Source of the DNA: Vicugna vicugna
Lineage: Eukaryota
Direction of reading: 5' to 3'
Assembly (NCBI GenBank): GCA_013265495.1
Contig: MU058463.1
Coordinates: 3,061,523-3,125,522 of the forward strand
DNA length: 64,000 bases
Below, in pieces: positions 25,960-38,832 of this stretch (the stretch's first letter is position 1; every line of letters begins with the position of its first letter). The position numbers and the translations under genes were made by a program. The notes beneath the pieces were generated by a model that was not told the DNA's origin, searched no databases, and was given only the letters and a program-made list of their open reading frames with translations.

Positions 25960-27215
25960 GTCAATCTGAAGAACTTCCGCTCCCACTAAAAACCAAGCCT
26001 TCCTTGTGTGTGCTGCGTCTTATGCCCTTTACAACTTTTTTGTAATTCACATTTTTCTCTCTCCTGGATTGTTGCTGTCAACATGCACACATGCTCTCTC
26101 CCATATTTCAAACCATCATCTTGAATCTCCCATTCCCTCTTTGTCCACAATTCTGTTTCTCTTTTATCTTCACAGCCAAGTCTAATGATTGTCTGGAGGC
26201 ACTGTCTGCAGCTCCTCAGTGCCTGTTCTCTCTTCAGCACAGCCTAGCCAGGCATCCTCCTGGCCCCAGACATCATTGAAATGGCTCCAGTCAAGGTCAC
26301 AATTGACCTCTGTGATGCTAAATCCAATAAACATTTGTTTTTTTTCATCTCATTCAACTTCTCATTAGAATTCAACACAGATGACTGCTCCCGTCCTTTT
26401 TTTTTTTTTTGAAATATTTCCTTTTATGTCCACTGTCTCCTTCCTATTCATGTTTCTTTGTCTTCTACCTTAGTGGCCATTCAGCTTCTGTCTCCTTTGC
26501 TGGCATCCCGCTCTCTGTGTAACTTGATCCTGGGACTCCTTCTCTACTCTAAGCATATTTCCTACAGGGTGATCACCCAGCCCAGGCTTTTGAATACCAA
26601 CTGCAGGCTCATGTCTCTATGTCTTTAGCACTGGTGTTTCTCTTAATTTCCAGACTCCTAACTCCAACTTCCACCTTGATGTTGCCACCTAAATGTCTAA
26701 TAAATTATTCATAATTTCAATGACCTATACAGCAAGACTTGTGGAATTTACCTCTAAATCATATTTTAAATCTAGAAGCTTCGACTGAGTGGTAGCTTCC
26801 GGAGGACATTAATAGCCCTCTAACTGATCTCCACTGGTCTCATTGCTTCCATTCTTGTAGAGTCACATCCTTCCACTTCTATTTTCCAGACAGCAGCCAA
26901 AGTGATCTTTTGAAAATGCAAATTAAGTCATCTCCTAATTAAAACTGCTGGTTATCATTTTGGTCTTGGCTTAAACGTCACCTCCTCACAAACGTCACCT
27001 CCTCTAACATGCAGTTTAGTGTAACACTCGAGTCTCTCTGTCACATTATTCCATTTTATTGTCATCACTGCTTTTCCCAATAACTGATGGTTTACTTATG
27101 TGTCATCTCCATGAATAGAGGGACATGGTCTGTTTTCATTGCCTTTGCTGCCATGCACAGCGTTTGGCTCACTGTATGTGCTCCAAGAGTAACTGAACAA
27201 ATGAACGAATGAATG
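25960..27215 (+). mobile_element. Long L2 fragment
   Basis: cattgaaatggctccagtcaaggtcacaattgacctctgtgatgctaaatccaat...cagcagccaaagtgatcttttgaaaatgcaaat...ends actgaacaaatgaacgaatgaatg. Confidence 0.85.
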
Positions 27216-28299
27216 TATTTCAGGAACACCTATTGTAATAGCTCGTGACTTTTTTTTTTCTTTTTCTACATCACAAGCAGTTCAGGAGATTTTTTTTTCC
27301 ACTTCATTTGTAAAATCAGATTAATCTTTCCTCAAGTAGCTGGAGTAATTTATTTGACTGCTTCATTCACATCTATGAAATGGTGGTGCTTCACCCAGCT
27401 GTAACTGACTTCATGCATGTTACTTGGAGGCCAAAGGAAGAATCATCTTTGCAATATCCTTTATAATCATCATCTGTGACTTGGTATTCTTAAAAGAAGA
27501 CATGCAGCCCCATGATGGTGAGAAGCTTTATTTCTGCATGGGTTTGGACGTCTTTGTTTTCCATTTGCTCACCCAAACAACTTGGGAGTGTGATGTTGGT
27601 CCTTCCAGCCCAGGTCACTTTGGAGCATGTCGTGTGTGGTCTTCATCCCAGAAACAGCTATCTATGTCCAAATTCTCTTTTCCCTATTGAAGAACTACAG
27701 AATAACTAAAACCACAAAGTACAATGACTTCACTTGGCTTTCAGTACCTATCAAGTTCCTGGAAGAAGGCTTTTCCACAAGTGGACGGCAACAGCTCATT
27801 TTCAAACTGAGCCTCAAACCGCTTTGGTTTTGTGTTTCCTGGTAGACATGAAAGAGATAATATTTATTTCTTACCCCAAATGTGGGCACTCTTATGACAT
27901 CACTATTGGGTTACTTCCCCTCAGCTCTCTGCCTGGGTGAACAAGTGGCTTAATTAAGAGCGCTTCTGAGGAGCTGTCCGTTGTACCTTTGGGGATGCTT
28001 CCTTCTGAAGTTCAGCCTAAGATTCCTCTCTCACACAGTTAGAGCTTCAACCAAGTGCCAGTGAATGCTGCATCATTATGCCGCCATTTAGAGGGACTGA
28101 TGTGCAGCGGAAGACAGGTGTGACCCAGCTCTGTCTTTCCCCAGCCAATAACCCAGGGTGCGGGAGGCCAGAGGTGCCTTTAACATTTGCTGCTGCTCCA
28201 TGTGCTGTATAAACTTGCCACGGCCTGGCCGTCATTGTTTTCAGAACCTTGACTCTTCCTTACTGTTCTCATCATCCAAATTTATTTAAGGATGGGACT

Positions 28300-29050
28300 A
28301 TTAGAAACACAATTGGTGAATTAATGTCATAGGGACTGCTGCTGACAGCTCATCAATGTTTGATATGCCACTCAGACAAATGAAACATAAGCCACCCAGA
28401 ACAAGGGGACCTTTTGACACTTCAAAGGAAACCCCTATGGGTGGTTTCCTCTTGAAGCCACACTAAACTGGCTCGATCTCCTCAGCTGGAAGCTGCCAAT
28501 GTCTCATTAACCCCTAAAAAAGGCCCGGCATGAGCTTTCCTTTCCAGCTATAATTATGCCATGCACTCCTGTTATGCTGCACTGAACCGCAACACTGTCA
28601 CCCACACATTATAAACATCCACCCTAATTGAAAAGCAGATTAGACTCTTGTGTTAATTAGCCAAAAACCCGCCCACTTGCATGCATTATGATTGCCTCTT
28701 AAATACGGAGGATGTTGAAATCCCTCAGAAAGACAAGGCAGACTTAATTGCAATAACCTGCAAATTAAGTTTAATTTACTTTAAATTTACCGGTTTAGCA
28801 GGCTCATTTGATGGTGTTAATGTTCTAGCAAATTAATTATCTGAATTAGTCATGCCTGGTGGAGTTTTGCAGCAGAATACATTGTACAGTGGCCTATTAA
28901 TAACAGACAAACAGGACAGGATTAATGAGAAGATTATGCTCGAGTTCTTGAAAAAAAAAAGGATCTTGCATGAAATCAAATATAATCACCAAAGTGCAAA
29001 TACAGACACAGAATATAAACAAACTGAGATTTATTACACTCTATGGCATG
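28300..29050. promoter_or_regulatory. Candidate conserved enhancer (homeodomain/MEIS/TCF motif cluster)
   Basis: Repeat-free block with TAATT(A/G) at 28551, 28625, 28654, 28745 and 28834, TGACAG at 28343 and CTTCAAAG at 28420; function is inferred only. Confidence 0.4.
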
Positions 29051-29479
29051 CCATCCAGGAGAAACAGTAAAACATGACCAGAAAAATAGACAGAAAGAGT
29101 CCTGTTCTCTCTACTCCTGTGGCGTTCTCATCACCGCAAACTGTCCTGTTCGTGAGCGTGGGGGAGTCCCATGGACAAGCAATGGACAGCAGAGACGGAT
29201 CTAGTAAGTCAGTTAGAAATAGCTTCTCTCCAGTTAATTCTGTTGCCCTGTTAGGAGTTTATAAAGCACTAATATGCTTTCTGGAACCTACTTGTAACCA
29301 TCCTCTTTGGGCAGATCAGGATGCTACTAACGTTAAATAACCTAAACCAGGATGATCTTGCAGACACTTTTAGCTTTGCCCAGGCTGATGTGGGAAGGTG
29401 GGGGAGGGGAACATGCAAAGATTGGGGGACTATTTAGAGTGTTAACACCTCTGGAGAACCTTCCAGATTCACCCCTCCA

Positions 29480-29585
29480 TGAGGATAGGTGAATCTTATT
29501 CCTTTTGTATCCCCAGGGCCTCAGACAGGGCCTGGGACATAGCAGGGGGCTTAAAAAACATGTATTTGTTTATTTTGAATGGATG
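29480..29585 (+). mobile_element. L2 3' end
   Basis: ttgtatccccagggcctcagacagggcctgggacatagcagggggcttaa...tgaatggatgaa. Confidence 0.75.
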
Positions 29586-32074
29586 AAACACAAAATTAGC
29601 TTAGTGACAGTTTTGGAAAAAGAATTTCTCAGCTTGGAGGCTATTGCCTGGTATCACCCCTAACAAACAAGGAATTTCCCTGGAAGTCCAGTGCCGGCGC
29701 TTCTGTTGTTAATGAGGAGTTAGATTTTCTCCTTTTGGTTCTGAAGAGACACGCGCAGGCTCTCTCTCTGCCACCCGCAGCAGAAAGTAACAGCCCCTGG
29801 GTGTCAAACTCATCATCTTTGACTGGCTCGCACTGAATATGGCCATGCAGTGATTGACCTCCACATGCCAGAGTATTGACTGGGCTGGAGAAGTCTATGC
29901 CATCATTTTCTTGGAGCAGTCACCGCTTTTGTCTTGATCCTGTCCACAGCTGTCACACTGTGGTGAACCACCGAAAAGAGCCCACATTTGCATCCTTTAT
30001 GCATTTATGCTGCTCTGCTTAAAATAAAAATGCCACCACTTGAAAGAGAGGCTGAACCGTTGATTCTGGTTTTTAAAAAATTATCTCATTAAAAGCCAAG
30101 GGTTGGGGTTTAGTTGGGAGTGGGGATGGGGAGACATGCAGAATATGTAAACTTGCTTTATGGGGTGTATTTAATTTGGGGGAAAAATAATGAGAATAAA
30201 AATTGTTTCAATATGTTTTCTGTATTGTGTCAATATATCACACAGCTCCTTTCTGGAGCCACATTTGCTGTTAGGATGGTTGGATTTTTCTTTTCTTTCT
30301 TTTTTTTTTTTGCTGTTTTTGTCGTTGTGGTTCTCTGTTGAATTACAATTTGCAGCAGTAAATGAAACTGGCACAAAAGCAGGTGTTATTAAAACTGGGC
30401 AGGAAAAGGACAATAACAACATAATTCCACTTTAAAGGCCGATATGTGTATGGTGGAAATGACTTTGGTTGGACCCCAGCGGGAATACAAAATACACCAT
30501 AAAGAAAATGGATTTCAGTGACACATAAACAAAAGGCAAATGACTAATATATTTACATATAACATGTGGTGTATTCATTGCACACCATGGTGACAGAATT
30601 GTTTATTTCATTTATAATTTATACAGCAAAATCTTATTAAATGTGTAACTAGTTTGCCAGATGATAATATACATAGGAGATTAGGCTTCTATTATAGAAC
30701 GTCATTAACAACAAAAGATTTTCATTTGTGAGTTAATTTTTTCCCCGTTCATTCTTTTCAGCAGCCTGCGCTCTGAATAGAAGCCTGCCTCTCTTCCATC
30801 ATGGTGGCAACCGTGGTGGTATGGAAAGAAGAAGGAAGTTGGGAATTCCTGGAGAAGGGTGCCCACTGGCCAACAGACTCCTGTCAGTTTTCAGAATACA
30901 TAAAGGATAATTGATGAGTGTGTGTGAACTTCAAGGTGATTTCAGAGATCCTAGAAAAATCCTCCTCTGGCAAAGGAAATTCTATCAAAGGCCAGAAACA
31001 CCAGAATTTGAGACTTGACAGGGATTGCTTCCAAGACTCAAGGGTCCTGTGAGTAAATGTAAAGAGAATATGCTTTAAGGAAATTCCAGACACTAAGGGT
31101 GCAGGCAGTTTTGCAGATGAGACTCTTTCTCAGGATATTAACTGGGCAGGAATTTTTTTGTTTGTTTTTTTGCTTCCAACACTGCAGTGTGTGCTAAAGT
31201 AGTCAGCCCTCTTCCTCATTATTTCAGAATAAGGAGAACTCCCTGTCCCCTGCTTTAGAATTTTTCTTCATGCAGTGTTATTTAATGAGGATCAAACCAT
31301 TTCACAATGTTTGTAGTGAATCTGATTCCCAGCCAGGAGAGGGGTGCTTGTGAGAAGCAACGGGATGGGTGGGGTTTGGCGGGAGCGGGAGGGGGATGGA
31401 AGTGAGGTGGCGGAGAAATGCTTTTAAACAATAAAATGTATTTTACTTTCAAGCCTTGAGCTGTCAGGCTTCATTCCAAATAATGTGTCCTGACAGTTCA
31501 TAGCTACTCTTAAAAACTGGGTGAAGCTTTTGCAGTTGCAAACTAGTGTGATAAAACATGAAAATACTTTATTCAGGTAAAGTGGAAATAGCTGTTCAGC
31601 CTGGTTAAGTTACACAGAAACCTCTTTCTCTCTAAATTAATGTACTGTGCAAATGTCTTGCCTGTGACACCCTAGCTGTCCACTTAATAAAAGCCCTTCC
31701 AAGGAGAACCGTGTCTTAGTGCATCAAAGCATTAGCGAGCACTCCAAACCTAAAGCCAGATAAACTCAAATGTTTCAAACAAGCACATGAGGAAGTGGGT
31801 CTCAGTGTTGCCAATAATAAGTGGAAAATGCAAAGAACACTTATTTATTCAGTCTCTGCTCTTGGCCTGGGAGAAGACAAAGAACGAGTTTTATTTTTTG
31901 CACACTTTTCCATTCATTAGTTTCAGAAGAGGGGAGAGGAGAGGGGAGAGAGGGCAACACAAAAGCACCTGTCTTTGGATGCCGGAGAGTGTCCACGTAA
32001 CAGAAAAAAACAGCAAAGAAAAATTTAAAGAAATAGAAAGAATGACGCTATTTTCTTTGATTAAGGCTCGGTGT

Positions 32075-32330
32075 GGCCAGTAGTATGAGGAGACTGTCAC
32101 TGAAACAGCTGAAGGGAGTCTAGGTTCAATTAACAGAGGTATGGAGTCTGGAATCCAGGAGAGGAGATCACTGCTCAGACCACATCTGGACTATCATGCT
32201 CAATCCTGGGCCTGAGAGACCCAAACCAACTAGTTACTATGTAGAGACCAGTGAAAGTGGTGGCAATAAAATATGAAGTTGTTACGTGAGAAACAGTTGA
32301 GGGAACAGGAGCAATTCCTCATTCAGAGAG
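32075..32330 (+). mobile_element. L3/CR1 LINE ORF2 3' fragment
   Basis: tctaggttcaattaacagaggtatggagtc...tcagaccacatctggactatcatgctcaatcctggg...tacgtgagaaacagttgagggaac matches the recalled L3 consensus. Confidence 0.7.
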
Positions 32331-32439
32331 ATTAAGTTTTAGCGGAAGATGTATGATCCCTTGGAGGTTTTGCAGAGGCTTTCCAGTAGCATAGTTTTCC
32401 TTCTTTACTGAATAATAATAATTGCAGTAGTAATAGTAG

Positions 32440-32650
32440 TAATAATAACACTAACACTTGCCATTTGTTTAGTGTTCTCAAGTTACAAGTATCTTCTTAC
32501 AAATATAATTTTATTTAGTCTACCTAGTACCTTGAGGAGAAATTATTATAATCTGTGCTTTACAGATGAGGAAATGGACTCAAAGTAGCTCAGTTCCTTG
32601 CTCAGTGGGGCACAGAAAACAAAGGGAAGTCTGGGGAGTCCAAGTCTACC
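32440..32650 (-). mobile_element. MIR SINE
   Basis: ccatttgtttagtg...attattataatctgtgctttacagatgaggaaatggactca. Confidence 0.75.
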
Positions 32651-33448
32651 AACACCAAGTCACAATGAATAGCTGGACCAGACTGTTGATTTTTACGATT
32701 TTAATGGACTTAAAGGTTTAGGAAACTGCTGTTCTTATTTATCCATTTATTCAGCAAAGGCTTATCACTAAGTGTCACAAACTGGGAAGTTTCTGAGGCT
32801 TGTAATGCAAATAAGGTATGGTACGGTCAGTTCCACTGAGGGTCTTGTCTTGTGAAGCGGAACAAAGGAAGGAGATCATTAGAATGTTTTATATGTATAT
32901 GAAACTGACTCACTTTGCTGTACCCCTGATTTGGGAACTATCCAAGCCCTATCAAGGTGATTAGAAAGCATATTCAAGTCTGAAATGTAGGCTTGCTGCA
33001 GAATAACAGGTTACCTAATAGTCATGTACGGGAATGAAGCCCAGAAAAGACATATTAATATGTCATGATGTCTCAATGGAGGGGGTGCATTTTCCAGCTA
33101 ATTTATGTTCTTAGTGGTGATAATGTGACAGCCTTTCTGTGTTCGCCAACTACCAACTTAATTCCGCTCTGATTTCACATAGCAATTTGACTCTCCTTGA
33201 ACATTTTCCATGGGTAGTTGACAGCCATCATACTAGATTGTAAGCCTGTGAAGACAGGAACTGTATCACATCCATCTTTGTATCTCTGCATCTAGGATAA
33301 GGGATGGTACAAAATGGAACTTAATATCAGTTGAGTGAAATGGATATAGCTTCCTTTTTATTTTATGATCCTTCTTTTATACATTTGGTTAGCATGGATT
33401 AGCTTTGAGTAATTGAAGATCTTGAATCTGGAGTTCCATGGACCAGGG

Positions 33449-33848
33449 TGTTGTGGGCTGAACTGTATTCCCAACTGCAAATTCATATGTTGAAGTCCTC
33501 ATCCCCACCCTTTCCCCCATACTTCAGAACGTGACTGCATTTAAATATAAGTTTTTTAAAGAGGCAATTGATTTAAAACGAGGTCACTTCCGTGGGCCCT
33601 AATCAAAGGACTGGTGTCTTTATAAGAAGAGGAGACTGGGACACAGACACACACAGAGAGAAGGCCATGTGAGGACCAGGGAGAAGGTGGCCAGCTACAA
33701 GCCAAGTGGAAAGGCTTCAGAAGAAACTAACCTGCCAGCATCTTGAGCTCAGCCTTCTAGGCACCAGAAGTGTGAGAAAATAAACTTCTGTTGTTCAAGT
33801 CATACAGTCCATGGTGCTTTGCTATGGCAGTCCCAGTAAGCTAATGCA
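33449..33848 (+). mobile_element. MLT1B-like (ERVL-MaLR) solo LTR, full length, 400 bp
   Basis: TG...CA ends (tgttgtgggctgaactgt...gctaatgca); internal aattcatatgttgaagtcct, gggccctaatc, tataagaagagg, gtgagaaaataaacttctgttg; 5-bp TSD caggg/caagg. Confidence 0.9.
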
Positions 33849-34084
33849 CAAGGCCAGGCCATGCATCTGGGAGGGCGTACCACCTGGCCTCTTTCTTTGA
33901 CATATCTATTCAGTCACAGAGTGAATGAGGCTAAAGAAAGGTACCACTAGATCTACTTTCCCAATAACCACATTAAGCTCAAAGAGGCCAGAAGTTAATT
34001 TCAATCTTGACTGAGCAACTTGTTTGGTTCTATTGTCTTTTAAAAGTTTGTTATTCAGAACATTTTCCCTGGAAGATAAATGGA

Positions 34085-34310
34085 AAAAAAAACAATTCTA
34101 AGGTCAAATATATTTGGGAACACTGTGTATAATTTCTTCCTTTTAGCTATTCACATAGCTTATCAATGAATTAGACTCTGAGTGATAACTGTATTTAAGA
34201 AAGCTGTTCAGTTTTGCTAATCTAGTATTTATCAAATGTTTTGACCAGAGAATTTATTTTCCTACAATGAAGATCTCATAAAATCTAGTACCATGAGTAT
34301 TCTGTTTAAA
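34085..34310. mobile_element. Ancient hAT-Charlie-like DNA transposon remnant
   Basis: gtcaaatatatttgggaacactg...attagactctgag...aagaaagctgttcagttttg...caaatgttttgacca; family assignment from memory only. Confidence 0.4.
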
Positions 34311-34379
34311 ATATTTCAATAAAATCTCATTTATTAGCATTAGTATCCCAATCTGCACTCCGAATGGAAATCAAATTGC

Positions 34380-34692
34380 AAGGTGGTCAAAAGGTACAGA
34401 CTTCCAGTTATAAGATAAGTAAGTCCTGAGGATATAATGAACAGCAGGGTGGCTCTAGTTAACAATGCTGTGGGGTATGTTTGAAAATTGCCAAGAGAGT
34501 AGATCTCAAAAGTTCACATCATGAAAAAAAAATTGTAACTGTATACAGTTAACATCCATGTTAACTAAGCTTATTGTGATAATCACTTCACAATATATAC
34601 ACATATCAAACCATTATGCTATACACCTGAAACTAATATGAGGTTATATGTCAATTATATCTCAGTTTTAAAAAAGAAAGAAAAAATAATAA
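34380..34692 (+). mobile_element. L1 (L1MA9/10-like) 3' end
   Basis: aggtggtcaaaaggtacagacttccagttataagataagtaagtcctg...aagagagtagatct...tacacctgaaactaatat...gtcaattatatctca plus an A-rich tail. Confidence 0.9.
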
Positions 34693-35989
34693 ATGATAGA
34701 CTTAAACATTCTGTTTTCATAATAAAGTACTGACATTATCATTCATCCATGCAAACATTGGCCTCAGTATCTCTCAAATAAATTGATGACATAGGCTGTT
34801 TCCTTCTGGCCAGATTGCCCACCGTATTTGTCCCCTTGGTCATATTTCAAGATCCTTCTTAAGCTTCACCTTCTTTGTGTAGCCTTTCCCGATCCTTTCT
34901 CCTCCCACCTCCCATTATAAGACATAACTGAACACACTCTTTTCTGGATTGCATTCTGGTACATGCAATTTGTGTCATTTTGCATTGTCCTATTTGGTTA
35001 TACTTCTAGTTCTCTTCTTGGATTGGGAGCAAGACGTGTGTCACACTCATCTTCTATCTTTGGCACAGAGCAGAGTGTCTGACACATGGTGAGTACTCAG
35101 AGGACAGAGGCACGGTGAATCATTGTCTAGTTTTGTGACCAACCCTTTGGCTCTATATTCTCTGGCCACCTTTCCTGGCCTCCCTTCTTAGGCATATTAA
35201 ACTCATATGCTAAACGTTTCTTCCCAATAGAAGAAGAAGAAAAAGATCAACACCTTTAAAATACTAAAATCAGAAAGTAGTATTAAGCATCAGTTGGAGC
35301 CAATGATGGTCATTTTTTGAATAACAATAGCTCCCATGTGTTACATGCCTACAGTAAGCCAGGTCTGTGCTAAATGCTTTGTGCATGCTGTTTCTGTGTA
35401 ATAATGTTCACTATCAGTTCCCCTTTGCCTCCACGTCCAAAAAACAAAAAACAAACAAACAAAAAAAAACCACACACACAAATACTATTGAAAACAAGTT
35501 GAGCAGACTATTCAGGTTTGGAGAATTGTGAAGAAATAGGTGGTGAGAAAGAACAGTTTTCTCTTGCCCATCTTCTTCCTCTTTCTATATCTAAGCAATC
35601 TCTATCTGAGACCTCCCAGGGGAGCAAGATGGATACATCACCCCATAACCTACAGGATAGGAAAATGTGGCTTATGCATCATTTGCCTGTGTAACTGCCT
35701 GAAGAAAAGAAAAATCTACTTATCTGGGAGAAAGGGTAAATCTTCCTCATTTATTTGTTTCCTCATTGATTCATTAACCCATTTTTACATGAAAATGAAT
35801 AAGACGTGGGCCTTATTCCCTGGGAACTCTCAGTCAGGTGAAAGGTACTAACCACCACACCACAGGATAAATACCATGTTGGAAAAGTAACTCCATGCTG
35901 TACAAGCGCAAAAGAGTGAGGACTCATCCCAGGAATGTGCGTTGCCTAAGGTATTTTTCAGCTCCACAGAACTTTCTGTCACATCCTTA

Positions 35990-36830
35990 CTGGGGCTATG
36001 GTCATCCTCAGTATCCTCCTTTCTCTCATTCCTAACATGCAAGCTATCAGAGAGTCTTATCTGTCCTACCTCCCAAATATAAGACCGGTTAGCCAGAATG
36101 TTCTATGTCTACCACCCCACCCTGGTCCAAGCTGCCGCCATGTCTTGCCTGGACCACCGCTAACCTACTAACTTTTCTATATGCACCCACTCTTGTCCCT
36201 CTGAAGACCGTTTTCCACATAGTAGCTACAGTGACTTTTTCAACTGCAAATTGCATTATTAGATGTCTTTTCTTAAAAACTCTCCATTGGCTTGCTATCT
36301 CACTTAGACTAAAATTTATATCCTTTATCAAGGCCTACAAGGTCCTTTTGATCTGTTTACTACCTTACTCTCAAATCTCATTTGTATGTTGTTTATTTTT
36401 ATCTTTATACCTTGAACACACGTAGTCTTGCCTCAGTACTTGAGTGTTTATAGTTCCTTCTGCCTAGAAATTTCTTTCCTAAGTTCTTTGCCCTGCTGAT
36501 CCCTCCTCAAATATTCCATCCACAGACAGGCAGATCTTCCTGAAATTAGCATTTTCTAGTTATTCCTTTTCACCTCCCCAAAGAGAGATATATGCATATT
36601 ATGTATAATATGAATTATATATATTTTATATATAGATCACAAACTTATCAGTATCTGATATTGTTTGATTCCTTGTTACGTTCATCTTTTCCTCTATTAA
36701 TAGGCATATTTCACCAGGGCAGGGACCTTACTCTCTAACTTATTAAGTGCATTATCCCCAGTGCCTAAAACATTGTCTGGCCCATAGTAAATGCTAATTA
36801 AATAATTTCTGAGGACATGAAAAAATGAAG
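35990..36830 (+). mobile_element. L2 fragment (with an adjacent antisense L2 end at about 35750-35930)
   Basis: accaccccaccctggtccaagctgcc...ttttccacatagtagctacagtgac...ttaaaactctccattggctt...ccccagtgcctaaaacattgtctggcccatagtaaatgct. Confidence 0.85.
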
Positions 36831-38210
36831 AATATTCTCATGAGCCTTGGCAGACTCTGGCTGTAGAAAGTGGTGAGCACTCCTGGAATAAAGGGGCAAA
36901 AGAATATCTGAAATCCATTACCTGAATTTCCCTTAAGTTAGGAGTCACTAGATATTAAAGCAATGATCTACACACTGTTCAATAAAGGACAATTACAGTC
37001 AGGAAGAGAAGTTTACTCAGGGGCCTCCCATAGTACCGCCCCTAGATCCCATGTCTTGAGACAGCAGCAGGGGTGAAAATAGCCTCTAATTAAGCCCTTT
37101 GGGAACTTCAGAAATGAAGCCTTCTTGGTACGGTTCAACAGACGGTCAAAATTTGGAAACCATTCTATTCTAGAATTAACAGCAACAGAATGAAACTCTA
37201 GTAGAACAGAGTGAAGGACCTGCTGAACCCAGGGGGTGAAAAGAAGAGCGAGCAGGAGATGGGGTCCAGGCAAACATCTCAGCAGTGAAAGAAGTAAAAT
37301 GTCAGCTCTTGTACTTTACTGGTGACCCAGCCTCTCTGAGCAACCACGGCCCTGGAGTCCACTGGGGAATACATAACTGTCAAATCTGTCACCTTTACAT
37401 GACGGAATCCTCCCTCTACTGGATTCAGTGGGAAAAATCATGTCAAGGTGTTTTGTTTTTTTTTTTAAGTCACAGAGCAAGAAAGGACCACACACTGTCA
37501 TTGATCCATGGTAGACCTTCATGGTGGAAGAAGTGGTTGGGGGATCCAGCCCATTCTGAGATAAGACGTGTATGAGAATCTGGATGTAAAATCACTTAGA
37601 ACAATTTTGGCATTCAATAAATGTTTGCTTTCTTTTTTCCCCTTCCCTCCTCCATTCTTTTCCTTTCAAACCAGAATGAGGTATCACAAAGATGACTATT
37701 CAACCATGTGTATCATTAAAGTTTATAGACAAAAAAAAATTATTTCTTCTAAAATTTGCATGGACAAAATGGAGATTTCCTTTGCAATAGTTCACAAATA
37801 AAGAGGATATATCTGAACATGCTCAAAGTTAATATCTTTTTACTCTGTAACATAGAATAATCTTATGACAAAAAGATTACAATCATGATTATAATAATTA
37901 ATTTATCATTACCCAATCCTTTCCCAATAACTGTAAGAGCTGTAATATCTCCAGTGTTTAGAATAATGCCTGGAATATAGTAAGTGCTAAGTAAATATTT
38001 TGTTGAAGGCATAAAGGGCTCAATAGCTTCCTCTTTATTCTTGACAGAATTTGGCTGATGGAGAGACAGTTGGAGTGATTGCTCCTGGAAGAGCGAAAGA
38101 ATGCCTGAGATCCATTTCCTGCACTATTAGTTGTCATCATCATCATCATTATTGATAGTATTATTTCTTTAAATGTACTGCATTTACTAAGCATACTGTA
38201 CTTTTGGAAT

Positions 38211-38832
38211 TGTAACTGAGCAGCATTCCATGGAGACTTCTCGAGAAAGGTCCCCCCAAGTCCTCCACCTGCCTCTTGTTTGTAGAAAAACTTTAGCCTC
38301 CTAGGTCTTCCTCAAGTTCCAAAGAATAAATTTAATCAAAGAAGTGAGAAAATGCAAAAAGAACGGAAAACAGTCAAGCAAGACAAAATAATGGTTTCGC
38401 CATTACACAAAGTCAAGGACTTTTAGCTCCTCCTCAAGGGCTATAGATAATATTCTGAGCCATGTCCTTTGAGCTGTTTGCAGATACTGAAACCCCCACC
38501 AGATCAGAGAAGTTAACTGTATGCTGCCCACTAGCACAGAGACCAGTTGGAGCCAGAAGATTGATTATGTTGACTCCTGATTACCTCACCTCCAACCAAT
38601 CAGAAGAATGCCTATGAGCTTGTCACACATACCACAACTCCTCTCCCTCATCCTGTATTTTAAAAGCTTTCCCTGAGAGCCATGGTGGAGTTGGGGCTTT
38701 TGAGCACCAGCTGTCTGGGTTCCTTGCTCAGTGCCCTGCAATAAATGCTGCACTTTCTTTCACTGCAACCCGGTATCAGTAGGTTGGCTTTACTGAGCAT
38801 GAGCATGCGGACTCAAATTTGGTTCCATAACA
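38211..38832 (+). mobile_element. ERV1-class solo LTR (cetartiodactyl type), 622 bp
   Basis: TGTAAC...ATAACA termini; CCAAT box (ccaaccaatcag about 38592); TATA-like ttttaaaag about 38658; AATAAA at 38740-38745; imperfect short TSD ggaat/gaaat. Confidence 0.85.

Noticed and set aside
26973..27004. 15-bp duplication aaacgtcacctcctc
   Set aside because: Ordinary slippage duplication inside an L2 remnant.
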